A DNA stretch of 64,000 nucleotides. Origin: Chiloscyllium plagiosum (Eukaryota). This document shows positions 1-14,159 of this stretch, one piece after another. The stretch is taken from positions 1,172,424 through 1,236,423 of the forward strand of contig NC_057756.1 of NCBI RefSeq assembly GCF_004010195.1. Reading direction: 5' to 3'. The notes beneath the pieces were generated by a model that was not told where the DNA came from, searched no databases, and worked only from the letters and a program-made list of their open reading frames with translations. A program made the translations under genes and the position numbers. The stretch's first letter is position 1; every line of letters begins with the position of its first letter.

Positions 1-1175
1 CCTCCCAAGCAGTTCTAGCAAATTTCCCTGCCAATATATTAGCCCCCTTCCAATTTAGGTGCAATCCGTCCTTCTTGTACAGGTCTACCCCAAAAGAGAT
101 TCCAATGATCCAAAAATGTGAATCCTTCTCCCATACACCAGCTCCTCAGCCATGCATTCGTCTGCACTATCCTGCTATTCGTGCCCTCACTAACTCGTAG
201 CACTGGAAGTAATCCAGATATTACTACCCTTGAGGACCTCCTTTTTAAAATTCTATCTAACTCTCTGTAATCTCCCTTCTGAGTTTCAACCTTTTCCCTT
301 CCAATGTCATTAGTTCCAATGTGGACAATGACCTCCTGCTGGCCCCTCTCCCTCCGTGAGAATATTCTGCACCCTCTCTGAGACATCCTTGATCCTGGCA
401 CCAGGGAAACAACACACCATTCTGCTTTTTCTCTGGTCACAGAAAGGTCTGTCTGTACCTCTGACTACAGAATCCCCTAACACAATTGATCTCTTGGAAG
501 CCGATGTACCCCTCATGGCATCAGAGCCAGTCTCAAAACCAGAAACTCGGCTGTTCGTGCTACGTTCCCCTGAGAATCCATCACCCCCTACATTTTCCAA
601 AACAGCATACCTGTTTGAAATGGGTATATCCACAAAAGACTTCTGCACTCGGTGCCGACCTCTCTCACCCTTCCTGAAGTTAACCCATCTATGTGACTGT
701 ATCTGAGACTTTCCCTTCTTCTTATAACTGTCATCCATCGCTTACTGTTGCTGTTGCAAATTCCTCATCGCTTCTATCTGTCTCTCCAACCGATTCAATC
801 GATCTGATAAGATTTGCATCCAAAAGCATTTATGGCAGATATAATCTGCAGTAACCCTTAAACTCTCTTTAAACTCCCACATCTGACAAGAAGCACATAT
901 CACTGCAAAGGCCATTTTTGCTCCTTCACAATCTACAGACCCAGAAAATAACACTGTCATATTCCTCTACAAACACTGCCCCAAGTTAAATTAATAGCTA
1001 TGGCTTATATTTTAAGTTTAATCAAGAGACTTATCTCCAAAAACATATAATCAAGAAAGAATCCACTATACTCGCTACTGCAGTCTTTCTCTTGGACAGA
1101 CTTAAAGCAACAATTAACTTATCTGATTCTGTGCTGTGAACTTCGCCCAACAATTGTGAACTTCGCCCAACAGTT
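1..1175 (-). mobile_element. CR1 LINE 5' region and frameshifted ORF1 (zinc finger/coiled coil + SGNH esterase-like)
   Basis: CASCQMWE...YICHKC; IVLGDSVVRGTDR...MVCCFPGARI; VIVHIGTNDIG across three frames. Confidence 0.9.
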
Positions 1176-1189
1176 AAATTATTAAAAGA

Positions 1190-1600
1190 GATTGGACAGA
1201 TGGCTTGTTTTCCTTCAAGCAGAGGAGACTAAGGGAGAACAGGAATGAAATGCTTGAAATTATTGTGAATTGATAGGGTAGACAGGAAGGAACTTTTCTT
1301 GTTTAGTGCAAGGTTCAATGACCTGAGGGTGTAGATTTAAGGGAAGGAATGGGAGGTTCAGAGGGGAATATAAAGAATTTTTTTATCCCAACCATGGCGG
1401 GAAATTAGAATTCACTGACTAAAAGGATGGTAGAAGCAGCAGCCTTCAACATTGAAGAGGAATTTAGATGTGCATTTGTGATGCCAAGGTACATTAGGCC
1501 AGATGCTTGAGAATAAAATAGATGCTTGTTTTTGACCAACACAGACTCGCTGGTGTGAAGGGATGTGAAGTGTTAACTGTCGGTTGGTCTATGACGGGCT
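1190..1600 (+). mobile_element. Degenerate CR1 3' fragment
   Basis: similar to the other CR1 3' ends in the window. Confidence 0.6.
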
Positions 1601-2836
1601 GGATCAAGTCACCAGGTTACAGTCACATTGTAGCTTGTATTAGGTTCTTTTCGATCATATTGCTTTTTCTCAATTTTTACTTCTATCCCGGAAACCAGAA
1701 CAAACATCCATATTTAAATTGGATGTCTGCCAAATTTTCAATAATCTACGTTTATGGGACAAGTTTTTCACAGCAGATATTTAAAATTAAAATTGAAAAG
1801 TAAAGTTAATGCCATTTTCAAATTTTGTCTTAACTTTTGGCTTCTTTCTCAAATCAGTTTTGAATTGGTGACGCTTTTGGATTCAGTACTGATTTCATTC
1901 GAATGTAAGGGATATTTGCGTTGTAACAGCTGTGAGAATTCTGCAAATACAATCAGTTTTCACATGGAGTTTTTTAGCTTTACCGGGGGAAATAGACCAA
2001 TAAAGAGTTTGACCTCAATCTTAACTGTGCCTGAGGATCCTTCAAACACCCCTTCTGGTTCCTGTGTGATGTATTACTTAGTCGTTTTTTTCTCACTGAA
2101 TGTAAATAAAACAGTGGGGAAAGTGCTCTTCTATATTCCTGAGATTACCTGCCTTGCCTTGCAAGCATTCCTTGTTGCTGTCTGTTCAGAGTTCTGCTTG
2201 ATGTATGTTGGTTTTTAAACTACATCCCTCCTCAAGATTCCTCTTCTTTGCCCATCTTCCATTTGGAGTGGACTGCACCCTTGATAACAAGGACTGCCTA
2301 ATGAGGACTGCATTCTGCGTCTGACCACTTGTTGATATACCCTGTTTCTCAGGAGCAGGTAGTTTACTCTGCGTGAATCATTCTCATCTCACTTCTGAAG
2401 TTCATCTGTTTTCTCCATTTTTGAACGAAGCTATGAGGAGGTCAGAAGGTAAGTGGCCGTGGAAGAACAAAAACCTAGCTTCAGTGAGATATTTACTGCT
2501 AAACATCTGCTTGGTAGTGCTGTTGGTGATCCCTCCATCACTTTACTGATGATCAAGAGGAGACTGATGGAGCAGTAGTTGGGCAGGTTGGATATTTCCT
2601 GATTTTTGTATCCTGGGTAGAGCACAACAGTTTTTCACATTGTTGGGTGCATGCTAGTGTGGTGGCTGTACTAGACCAGGTTAGCTAGGGATACAGCAAA
2701 TCTGGAACATATCTTTTTGACTCATATCATAATATCTTCAGGGACCATAGCATTTGTTGCTTTCAGTTTCTTGTTATCAGCCATTTCTTGTTATTACATG
2801 AAATTAAAACTGCTCAATTTTGGTACATTTATCTAG

Positions 2837-2955
2837 GTTTTCTGCAGGATCGTAGCACCACTTGTACCCGGAGTGTTAGAAATCTGACTGATAGTTGCGA
2901 TATGCTGGCGTCATTGAATGCCGTCAAGTATTATGAGAAGATGTACTTATTATCG
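2837..2955 (+). CDS. TCTN3: Tectonic-3-like, internal coding exon (first in window)
   Basis: atctag|GT acceptor, TCG|gtgagg donor; encodes (G)FLQDRSTTCTRSVRNLTDSCDMLASLNAVKYYEKMYLLS, matching the tectonic GFL..STTCTR..NL..SC...LNA..YY segment; phase 1 to phase 0. Confidence 0.9.
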
Positions 2956-3169
2956 GTGAGGCTGAGATTATTTTGTCTTTCTGTCAGTGACAGCTACAGT
3001 CAGTTTTGCATTATCCATGACCCCTCAAATCAGAATGCTGTATCAGTTTGAACTGAAAACAAAAAAATGCTGGGGATCGCAGCAGGTCAGGCAGCTCCAT
3101 GGAGTGAAAGCAGGCTGATGTTTTGAGTCTAGATTACTCGTCATCAGAGCTTTTTTGCCTTGGCATCCC

Positions 3170-5545
3170 ACCGAAGTACTTTGTAAAGTTATGAGAGTTT
3201 CTGCCTCTACACTCTTATAGGCAGTGAGTTCCAGAGTCTCACCAACCCCTCAGTTTAAAAAAGATTTCCTCACATCTGTTCTAAACCTCCTGCCCCTTAC
3301 CTGAAATCTGTGCCTCCTGGTCATTGATCCCTTCACCAAAACGAAAATGTTCTTTCCTGTCATAAATCTCAATCATGTCCTCTCTCAGTCTGCCCATTCT
3401 CTTTTCAGAAGTAAAACTCTCCAGTCGAAGCAACATCCTGGTAAGTCTCCTGTGCACACTATCCAGTGGTGTCACTTCCCTCCTATAATGTGGATTCCAG
3501 ACATTCACACAATACTCTAGCTGTGGTCAAAGCACAATTTTATCCTGTTCCAGCGTAACTACCTTTTTTCTCTGCCTCATCAAATAAAAGCAAACATCCC
3601 ATGTGCCTTGTTAATCACTTCACCCACCTGTCCCACTACATCAAGAGAAAAATGGATATGCACACTAAGATCCCTCTGATCCTCAGTGCTTCCCAGGTTC
3701 TAACATTAATTAGTATTCCCTTACATAGAATATTACATCAGTACAGGTCCTTTGGCACTCAATGTCGTGCTGACCTGTGAAACTAATAAACAGCTTGTCT
3801 AACAAACACTATTCTATTATCATCCATAAGTCTATCCAATGACTGTTTAAATGCGATTAATGTTGGCGAGTCCAGTACCGTTGCAAGCAGGACATTTCCT
3901 CGCCCATACTGCTCTCTGAGTTAAGAACCTACCTCTGGCATCTGTGCTATATTTATCACCCCTCAATTAAAAGTTATGTCCCCTCATGCTAGCCATCACC
4001 ATCCGAGGAAAAAGACTCTCACTGTCCACCCTATCTCTCTGGTCATCTTGTATGTCTCTATTAAGTCACCTCTTAAACATCTCCCTAACGAAAACAGCCT
4101 TAAGTCCCTCAGCCTTTTCTCATAAGACCTTCCCTCCATACCAGGCAACATCTTGGGAGATCTCCTCTGCACTCTTTTCAGTGCTTCTACATCCTTCTTA
4201 TAACGCGGCGACCAGCACTGTACACAGTACTCCAAGTGTGGCTGCACCAGAGATTTTGTGCAGCTGCGACGTGACCTCATGGTTCCGAAACTCAATCCCT
4301 CTACTAATAAAAGCTATCACATAGTATGCCTTCTTGTCAACCAGGTTGGATAGGGTTGTTAACTTTCAGGGATCTATGCATGTGGACACCAAGATTTCTC
4401 TGCTCATCCACACTACCAAGAATCTTACCATTAGCCAGTACTCTGTTTTTTTTTGATTACTTACAACAAGTCCACACCGACCCGCTGAAGCGCAACCCAC
4501 CCATACCCCTACATTTACCCCTTTTTTTTACCTAAAAACTATGGGCAATTTAGCATGGCCAATTCACCTGACCTGCACATCTTTGAACTGTGGGAGGAAA
4601 CCGGAGCACCCGGAGGAAACCCACCCAGACACGGGGAGAATGTGCAAACTCCACACAGTCAGTCGCCTGAGGCGGGAATTGAACCTGGGTCTCTGGCGCT
4701 GCGAGGCAGCAGTGCTAACCACTGTGCCACCGTGCCCCGTTACTCCTTCCAAAGTGAATCACCTCACACTTTTCTGCATTAAACTCCATTTGCCACCTCT
4801 CAGCCTAGCTCTGCAGCTTATCTGTGTCCCTCTGTAACCTGAAACATCCTTCTACAACTCCACCAACTTTAGTGTCATCCCCAAATTTACTAACCCGTCC
4901 TTCTGTGCCCTCATCCAAATCATTTATAAAAATGACAAACAGCAGTGGCCCCTGAACAGATCCTTGCGGTACATCATTAGTAACCGAACTCCAGGATGAA
5001 CATTTCCCAGCAAGCACCACCCTCTGTCTTCTTTCAGCTAGCCAATTTCTGATCCAAACCATTAAATGACCCTCAATCCCATGCCTCCGTATTTTGTGCA
5101 ATTGCCTACAGTGGGGAAACTTATCAGACTCTTTACTGAAATCCTTATATACCACATCAACTGCTTTACCCTCATCCACCTGTTTTGTCACCCTCAAAGA
5201 ACTCAGTAAGGTTTGTGAGGCACGACCTATCCTTCACAAAACCGTGTTGACTATCCCTAATAAAATTATTTCTTTCTCGATGATTATAAATCCTATCTCT
5301 TATAATCCTTTACAAAATGTTGCCACAACAGAAGTAAGGTCAATCCAGGGTTGCCTGTACTCCCCTTCTTGAACAAGGGGACAACATTTGCTATCCTCCA
5401 GTCTTCTGGCACTATTCCTGTAGACAATCATGAGATAAAGGTCAAAACCAACGGCTCTGCAATCTCCTCTCTAGCTTCCCTTGTTTTGTTTATCCTGTCC
5501 AAGTATTTCAACTCACACTTATCCAGATTGAATTCCATTTTCAAC
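3170..5545 (-). mobile_element. Nested CR1 LINE RT/3' fragments, interrupted by a SINE
   Basis: [52 protein letters not shown] motifs. Confidence 0.9.
4457..4738 (-). mobile_element. HE1-like tRNA-derived SINE
   Basis: A box TGGCACAGTGG, B box GGTTCAATTCC, body gtggagtttgcacattctcccc. Confidence 0.88.
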
Positions 5546-5823
5546 TGACCAGCCACAGTAGGGTGATGCTTTGAGAGGGGGGACGTTTCAACATTGATTC
5601 GTGTTATGAAGCTAAATGAGAAACGCATGAATTGTAGCAAGGCGGCAGGTGCCGAGTCAGGGCTTGCTGCATGTCAAGACAACAGCAGAATGTTAGCAAA
5701 GCTCATGATTTACACGGATGTTCATGTTCTGTCAAGCTTGTCAAGAGGTAGGGGGAGGATGAATATTTTGACTTGATTCTCATGCAAGATTTACTCTGGT
5801 CTCTTTATGTTTTTGTTTTACAG

Positions 5824-5853
5824 ACCCCGAATATTACCTTTGTGGAGAGCTGG
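5824..5853 (+). CDS. TCTN3: Tectonic-3-like 30-nt micro-exon
   Basis: polypyrimidine tract + ttacag| acceptor, TGG|gtaaag donor; TPNITFVESW, phase 0-0; a short exon is expected here from the recalled TCTN3 structure. Confidence 0.72.
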
Positions 5854-6249
5854 GTAAAGCAATTCTATTGTAAAAAGATTTCAATTCTGATGTCTAACTT
5901 GACATAGTATTTCTGTATCTCCAACTCTTCCCCTCTTACCGTCACTTCCATTTCTGTCGTCTTCTCCAAATTTCTTTTTCCTTTTTTGTTCAGTTCTATT
6001 TTGACTTTTTTCTCATCCATTTTTCCTAACTATTTTCTTTCTTATTAATTCATAGCATATGTCTGGTACTGATTAGGCCAGCATTTATTGCCTCTCCCTA
6101 ATTTCCCAGAGGTAGTTAAGTCTGCACCCTCATTGGATAGGTCTGGAGAACTTGTAGGCCACATCAGGAAAGGACAACAGATTCACTTCCTTAAAGAATA
6201 TTTGTGAACAAGATAGGTTTTTGCAACAATTGAAAATGGTTATGTGAGT

Positions 6250-6785
6250 TTCCCCTTACACGAGGAGGGATGTGGATTCATTGGAGATAGTTTGGAGGAG
6301 CTTCACTAGATTGATTGTAGAGATAAGGGGTTTACTTCTGAAGAGAGTTTGAATAGCTGAGCACTATACTCGCTAGAGTTCAGAAGGATGAAAAGACATC
6401 TAATTGAGGCATAAACAATGTTAAAGGGGATTGACAAAGTCAGTATGGAATAAATGTTTCCCCAAGTGGGGCAATGTAGCGTGAGAGGTTGCAGTTTTCA
6501 GATCAGGGATAGCAGATTTTAACCAGATAAAGAGAAATTGACTCTCTCAAAGGGTCATGAATCTTTGGAATTCATTATCCAAGAGTAGGTTGGATGCTGC
6601 GACTTTGAGTAAATTTCAGAATGAAATTACACATTTTTAATTAGTAAGGAGTTGAAAGATTATGGAGAACAGGCAAGAAAGTGAAGTTGATATCAAGGTG
6701 AAATCACTTATGATTACATTGAATGGTGAGCAGGATCAAGAGGCTGAATTGTCTATTTCTGTTCCTCATTCTTATGTCCTACATT
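6250..6785 (+). mobile_element. CR1 3' fragment
   Basis: degenerate ORF2 C-terminus and ttcttatg-type tail. Confidence 0.7.
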
Positions 6786-6939
6786 AGTGTCATTCGGCTC
6801 GTTTTTTATTCCAGATATTATTGCTTTCACATTTCACTACCTATTCTGGTGGGATCAAGCCCACGTCCCAGAACTTTGGCATTGGAATCTGGATTTCTAG
6901 TCCAGTGATATTATGATTGTGTCACACCTCTTCTGTCTT

Positions 6940-7400
6940 CCCTAGTCTCTGCTTCCCTCCCTCTCTCTCACTGCCTCTCTCTTTTTCCCTGACCTGCACT
7001 TCTTTCTTTCCCGACTCTCCCCAGCTCTCTTTTCTGGCCTCTCTCACTCTTTTCTTCCCTCTTTCTTCAATCCTCTTATTATTTTGCTTATATCTCCTTT
7101 CCCCTTTCTCTATTTCCTTATCTATCTCTCTTTTCCTTGTTTTCTCTTTCCTCTCATTTCTCTTTCCATATCCTGTCTTTTTCTCTCTTTCCATTTTTGT
7201 CTCTCTCCCATTTCTTTCTCTTTCCCTGTCTGTCTGTTTCCTCCCTTTCTTTCCACAACTTTGCTCACTCTCTCCACTGCCTATTTTAATCTCTCTCTAG
7301 CTTTTCCTATCACTCTTTCCGTATTTATACCCTGTCTACATCTTTGCCTGTCTCTGTCTCTCTCTCTCATTTTTTCTCTCCCTCCTTCCCTCTGTCTCGA
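6940..7400. repeat. CT-rich low-complexity tract
   Basis: near-pure polypyrimidine on + strand; similar tract at about 9540-10110. Confidence 0.85.
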
Positions 7401-8601
7401 ACCCTTCCGTTCCCTGTTTGGTATGATTGAAAAAAGGTTACGAAAAATGTGTGAAAATTTGAAAGATGATTTTGCAAAACTGCATAGAAAAAGTGAAGAT
7501 GGAGAAGTGTGAAACCATTGTGATGAATGCATAAGTGCATGCAAGCATGAAAAAGTGCATGTTGTGTTTGAAAATGTTTTCAAAAAGAAAACAAACTCTG
7601 CCAAAAAGTTAAAATTTCAACATGCTTAGTTAAGGAGAAAAGGAGAGCAAAACTGTGGAAAGGATCAGAAAGTGCAAAATGGATATAAAAATGCTTCCTG
7701 TTTGTAAACAAGTGAAGGAAATACAGTAACATTTTAAAACGTGTAAAAGGTTTTAAGTAGTAATAAAGTGTGTGCTACATTAATGGAGGAGAAAAGGTCT
7801 GAAGAATGAGTGCAAAATGTACAAGAGTGAATTAATAGCAAAATGTTTCTAATAATGATTCCTCTAAGAAAAAAGTCGGGAGATACTTGAAAAAGTAAGT
7901 ACTGTTTGAGAATTTAAATCTGGAATGTGTATCATAAAAGAAAGGTCCATGGGAATAGAAAGGTTCAAGTAAACAATAATAGTATGTGATGTTAAGACAT
8001 TAGTTTTCCAATATGCTAATCAAACTTTTAAAGTTAATTACACTGGATAATCCTGAATGGTTCTGAACTGTCAGATTCTGAGTAGCCGAAAGAGGGTGAT
8101 GAGGCATTCTGTACCTGACATACATACTCCTGGGTTTTGTGATGGCCCTTCTGAGGATCAGAGTACAGTACACCAGAGGCTTGTTGTAGGCTGAGTGATT
8201 TTGATGTGAAAGGACAGTGCTTTCGACATTCACAAATGAATTGCCTAAAATGGGTCCTTGGGTGACATATGTTCCAGATGAATGAAGTGAATGGGACGAA
8301 GCAACAATTGTGGAACAAAAAAGCAAATCATACAGTAAGTTTCAATATTAATTACATTTTCAAGATGGTAACCAAGAAGTACAGTTCATGGACTGGCAGA
8401 ATTGGTTTTAAAACCTGGAAAGTAATAAAGCACAGCCGGTCTTCGCTTCATCTTGAACTTTGGCTTTTTCTTTCTCTTTCTTTCTTCATGTCTGTCTCGT
8501 CATTTTCTTATAGACTTGCAAAGCTCAAATATTACCATCACTGACATGTTACAACAGTTTTATTGTTGATTTCAATTCTAATATGTATCTTTCTGTCCGA
8601 T

Positions 8602-8770
8602 CTCTGTTACTTCTTCCTCTCTCCCTCACTTCCTCCTCGCTCTGTTACCTCCTCCTCGCTCTGTTACCTCCTCCTCGCTCTGTTACCTCCTCCTCGCTCT
8701 GTTACCTCCTCTTCGCTCTGTTACCTCTTCTTCGCTCTGTTACGCTCTCTTATCTCCTCCTCGCTCTGTT
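8602..8770. repeat. 19-bp minisatellite (CTCCTCCTCGCTCTGTTAC)n
   Basis: period 19 visible, about 7-8 copies with degenerate ends. Confidence 0.92.
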
Positions 8771-8791
8771 TCATCTTCCTCTGTTTTTTTT

Positions 8792-9539
8792 TGTTACGAT
8801 ACAGAGTAAATCCCTCTGCTAATTTAAACCAGATTCACGCAAAAGCTCCCCTCATGACGTAATCTATGAATTTTTGAGTGACAAAGAACTATTCCAAATA
8901 TCACTATTTAAAGAAAAAATTAACAATTTTATTCTTTAAGTCCAAAAGACAACATTATACAACAACTATTTACAACTACTTTCCCCAAAAACGATCCTTT
9001 ACCTCCCACTATACAATGCTGGTCTGATATAAAAAACCTCCAATTAATATTTCCAAAAAAAAATGACGTTTCAAAACCAACCAGCTGGGTCAATTCTCCT
9101 TGGTTGATTTTCCTTTGTAAATTTTCCTGGGTCATCTTTTCTTCGGTTTTCTGCTGCACAGATTCCTTATGGGCAGGTACCTTTCAGAGAGCTATTCTGC
9201 TAGCAGTCGGTTGATGCTTAGCTGCTCTTTGCTGTTCTCTGCTGTTCTTCCCAACTGTTCAAAATACCTGATTTTATATTACCCCAAAAACATTGGACCG
9301 TCTCGTTGATTTGATGCCATCAAAACATCAAGATACAATAAAAATTAAAATTTTAGTATCTTGTGGCATAATGTGTCAAATTCAAATTTGTTGTGTACCA
9401 TGGCAACGCAGCTCCAGCTATTTGTTTCACAATAAATGTTCTATTTTTAAATTGTTCAGCACACTCTGTGCTTTCAGTCAGTCCTTGGTAGCTTTCACTC
9501 TCTCTTAAAGTTACAGTACACACCTACACCTTCGTAACA
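8792..9539. mobile_element. Probable solo LTR
   Basis: 748 bp non-coding segment bounded by TGTTACGA...TCGTAACA (TG..CA with 8-bp inverted termini); target duplication not clear because the flanks are T-rich. Confidence 0.55.
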
Positions 9540-10753
9540 TTTCCTCTTCTCTGTTTTCCCCCATATCTTCCATGTCTATCTGCGCCTCAGCTCTCTGCGC
9601 TGCCTCCTCCGTCTGAGTGCTCCCTTGCCATTCCCTGTAGCCCACAATCCATTCCCTGCAGCCCTTCCCCCTCTATGTGTGCATCCCTTACTCAGTCTGT
9701 TTCTCTTCATTCTCCGTTCTCCCTTTTTTTCTGTCTCTTGCTCTCTTGTTCCCTGTGTGTGTCCCTCTGTTTCTCTCTTGCTGTGTGTCCCTTCGTCTAT
9801 GTGACTGTGTTACGCGACCTTTCCATCTCACTTGATCTGTCTGTTTCTGTCTTTCTGTATGTCACTCTGTGCCTGCCTGTATCTCTCATTCACTTCATAT
9901 CTCCCTCAGTGTAGTCTTTGTACACCAGCTTCTGTCTCCCTTCCTGCCACTGTCTCTTATCTCACCTATTTTTCTTTTTTTTTATTTCTTTATCTCTTCC
10001 TGTGACTCATCTCTCCCTCTCACTTTCACTATTTCACTGTTTTTCTGATTGCTGTCTCTCTTTCACCCTTTCTTCCCTTCCCTTTCTCTTTTATCTTTCT
10101 TTCTGCTGTGCCCAGAAATGTACTTTTTTGTTGTTTCTAACCCTGTTCTGTGTCTGCAAGTCTTTTTCTAAATTGTCCATTCTTGGGATTCATTGGCAAT
10201 CTCAACCTTGTTGCCATCCTTTTATGCATGTGGCAATTGGTGAACCAGATGAGCTTTTATGATAATTCAATTAGGATCGGACCATTGGGAATAAGGCAGG
10301 CACTTTTTCCAGAATAGATTAATGAATTGAATGTAAATTCCATCCCTGCGTGTGGATTACTGCTGCACTACTTTCATATTGCCAACCACTGTCCATGTTC
10401 AATGGGATTGAGTAGGCAGAGCTTTACTCGCGTTTAATTCAGTGCTCTTCCAATCTTAGGAATGTTCGCTTAGACATTGTAAAAACAGCTTAGCTTTAAT
10501 CCTAAAGTTGTGTTATATGTCCTCTGGGATTGATTGATTGATGGGGGACAGTATAGAGTGATCTTTAAATGCGCTTAGAATGTTTGATGGGGATTTTGTG
10601 TGGATAGAGTTTCAGTCTGTATCTAACCTCAGTTATATTCTGTACTTGGTTCTTGCTTTGCTGAAACTTATGTCTGATCACTCATTAGTGCCTGGGGGTG
10701 TGAGTGAATACCAAAGTCAGTATTACACTCTCGATTCTTTTCTCGGTTTGCAG

Positions 10754-10831
10754 GTTCAAATTTCAGTTGGCAATGAAAGTGTGCTACCACCGTGGGTGTC
10801 GAACAACATGTGCAAGAATGTGGTGTCAGAG
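10754..10831 (+). CDS. TCTN3: Tectonic-3-like coding exon
   Basis: ttgcag| acceptor, GAG|gtaaga donor; VQISVGNESVLPPWVSNNMCKNVVSE (tectonic C.NVVS motif); 78 nt, phase 0-0. Confidence 0.9.
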
Positions 10832-11344
10832 GTAAGAGTTAAGGCCCAAGAAGGGATTTGATAAATGCACAGTTCTCCGTGGTGTGACAACTCAGCAGGT
10901 CCCGTAGGGTATGCCACTGTGAGTAAGCAGAGAGAAAGGAAGCATGACTGAAGGAGTTCCGGTCAGCTGTTTGACTGCAAGGTGCAGCACAGCTGAGCCT
11001 GAACAGTCAGTCTGTGAGGAGGTGCACTCACCTTAGAGTACATTTACATTCATTTCGCATGATCTTTGCTTCAACTTTAGAATCTGGAAGACTGAACCTA
11101 CTCTTCCTGGCCTATCAATTCACAGTGCCAATCCTGTGGTTGTGGTTCCACAGCAGCAGTCGATCCACATTTATGATCAAGGTACTGGGTTCACTCGTCC
11201 ATGAAACAGCTTTATACTGTGAGCCTGCGCCACATTATTATTTGATTCCAGCTTTAAACGTTCTAGTTATTTGATTTTGGTCTATCTGAAGATTGGAATG
11301 TGCCAGCTTTTACAGTAAGATGCTAGTTGCTGGGTTCTGAGAGA

Positions 11345-12212
11345 GTGGTGACCATATATTGAGGATAGGAGCTGGAATAGGCCATTTGGCCTTTTCAGAC
11401 TGCTCCACAATTCAATATGTTCATAGCTGATCATCCAACTCAATATTCTGTTTCGACTTAGCCTCAAGAACTTTCTATAACTATTTCCTGAAAGATATTC
11501 AATGTTTTGTCTTAAATCACTTTCTGTGGCACAGGTTCACCACTCTTTGAGTGAGGAAATTTCCTCTCATCGCAATCCTAAATGGAATACCATGTTTCCT
11601 TAGACTGTGACCCCTGGTTCTTAAATATCCAGTTGTCTGTGTTTACCTTATCTAGTTCTTTTGTAATTTTGTAGATTCTGAATAGATCCCTTCCTCATTC
11701 TTCAAAACATTGGCTCCAACCCATCGTTATACACAGTCCTGTTCCAGGAATCAGTCTGGTAAATCAGTGCTCCATTCAATGCGTAACTGGAGCATCGTTC
11801 CTGCACTGAAAAAATCAAACTGCGCATAATACTCCATATGTGGTCTCAGCAAGGTCCCTATAAAATTGCAGCAAGACATTCCTCCTCCTCGACTTGAATT
11901 GTCTCACTATGAAGGCTAACATACAATTTGCCTTTTTCACCATCCATTTGATCTGTATGCTTACTTTCATCAACTGGTATATGTGGACACCTAGATCTTA
12001 TTGCACCTTTCCCCTTTCCCAAGTTACCGCCATCGAACAATGACGATCTGCCTTCATTTTATTTGCTGCCATTATACATCATCTGCAATGCATTTGCCCA
12101 CTCATTCAAGTGTGCAAATCAATGAACATCTCTGCATCCCCTTCCAAACTCACCCTCCCACTTAGCTTTGAATTATCTGCAAATGTGGAGATATTACGTT
12201 GCTTCCCTCATC
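11345..12212 (-). mobile_element. Degenerate CR1 RT/3' fragment
   Basis: reverse complement of CR1 3' end and FADDTK-like region. Confidence 0.7.
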
Positions 12213-14159
12213 TAGATGTTTGAGGACTCATCGACTGAGGTAGTATGAGCTGAGATTAGAAACAGGAAAGGAAAGGTCACCCTGTTGGGAGTTTTTTATA
12301 GGCCTCTGAATAGTTCCAGAGATGTAGAGGAAATGATAGCAAAGATAATTCTGGGTAGGAGCGAGAGCAACAGGGTGGTTGTTAAAGGGGACTTTAACTT
12401 TCCAAATATTGACTGGAAATACTATAGTTTGAGTACTTCAGATGGGTCAGCTTTTGTCCAACATGTACAGGATGGTTTCTTGACACAGTATGTGGACAAG
12501 CCAACAAGGGGCAAGGCCACATTGTATTTGGTACTGGGTAGTGAACCTGGCCAGATGTTAGATTTGGAGGTAGGTGAGCACTTTGGTGATAGCAACCACA
12601 ATTTGGTTATGTTTCCTTTAGCGATGAAAAGGGACAGGGAAAGAGTTATTGCTGGGTGAAAGGCAATTATGATGTGATTAGGAAAGGTTCAGGATGCACA
12701 GGATGGGGAAGGAAACTGCAGAGGATGGGCACAATTGAAATGTGAAGCATACTCAAGGAACAACTACTGTGTGTCCTTGATAAGTATGTACTTGTCAGGC
12801 AGAGAGGAAGTGGTCGAGGGAAGGAGCCTTGGTTTACTAAAGAAGTTGAATCTCTTGTGAAGAGGGAGAAGAAGGCTTATGTTAGGATGAGCCGTGAAGT
12901 CTCAGTTAGGGTGCTTGAGAGTTACAGTTAGCCAGGAAGGACCTAAAAAGAGAGCTAAGAAGAGCCAGGAAGAGAAATGAGAAGTCGTTGCCAGGTAGGA
13001 TCAAGGAAAACCCTAAAGCTTTCTATCCATATATCAGGAATAAAAGAATGACTGGAGTAAGTTTAGGGCTAATCAAGGTTAGTAGTGGGAAGTTGTACAT
13101 GGAGCCCAAAGAATTAGGGGAAGTGCTAAATGAATATTTTTTGTCAGTATTGACACTGAAAACAGACAATGTTGTCAAGGGGAATATGACATATAGGCTA
13201 CTAGACTAGATGAGATTGTGTTTTACAAAGAGGGGTTGTTAGCACTTCAGGAAAGTTTGAAAATAGATAAATCCCCTGGATGTGATTTATCCTACAATTC
13301 TTTGGGAGGCCAGGGAGGAGATTGCTGTGCCTTTAGCTTTGATCTTTATGTAGTCATTGTATGTACAGGAATAACGCCAGAAGACTGGAGGATAGCAAAC
13401 GTCCCCTTGTTTAAGAAGAGGAGTAGAGACAACCCCGTTAATTATAGACCAGTAAGCCTTACTTCGGTTGTGGGTAAAGTGTTGGAATAGGTGAGAAGAG
13501 ATAGAATTTATAATCATCTAGAAAGGAATAAACTGATTAGGGATAGTCAACGCGGTTTTGTGGGATAGGTCGTGCCTCACAAACCTTACCGGGTTCTTTG
13601 ACCAAACAGGTGGATGAGTGTAAAATAGTTGATGTGGTGTATATGGATTTCAGTAAGGCATTTGATAAGGTTCCCCACGGTAGGCTTTTGCAGAGGCATG
13701 GCATTGAGGCTGATTTAGTGCTTTGGATCATAAATTGGCCATCTGAAAGAAGACAGAGGGTGGTGTTTGCTGGGAAATGTTTATCCTGGAGTTCAGTTAT
13801 TATTGCAAGGATCTGTTTTGGGGCCACTGCTGTTTGTCATTTTTATAAATGACCTTGTTAAAGGCTTAGAAGGATGGGTTAGTAAATTTGTCGATGACAC
13901 TAAGGTTGATGGAGTTGTGGATGATGCTGAAGGATGTTGCAGGTTACAGAGGAATATACATATGCTGCAGAGCTGGGCTGAGAGGTGGCAAATAGAGTTT
14001 AATGCAGAAAAGTATAAGCTGATTCACTTTGGAAGGAATAAAGTGTACTGGGCTAATGGTAAGATTCTTCGTTGTGTAGGTGAGCAGAGAGATCTTGGTG
14101 TCCATGGGCATGAATCCCTGAAAGTTGCCATCCAGGTTGATAGGGTTGTTAAGAAGGTT

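Noticed and set aside
1135..1172. 18-bp tandem duplication tgtgaacttcgcccaaca
   Set aside because: Small junction duplication at a CR1 5' end; no functional indication
6917..7604. Hydrophobic or charged ORFs
   Set aside because: Translation of CT-rich low-complexity DNA
8602..8770. CRISPR-like periodicity (also 37096-37200)
   Set aside because: Head-to-tail tandem units without unique spacers in a vertebrate genome
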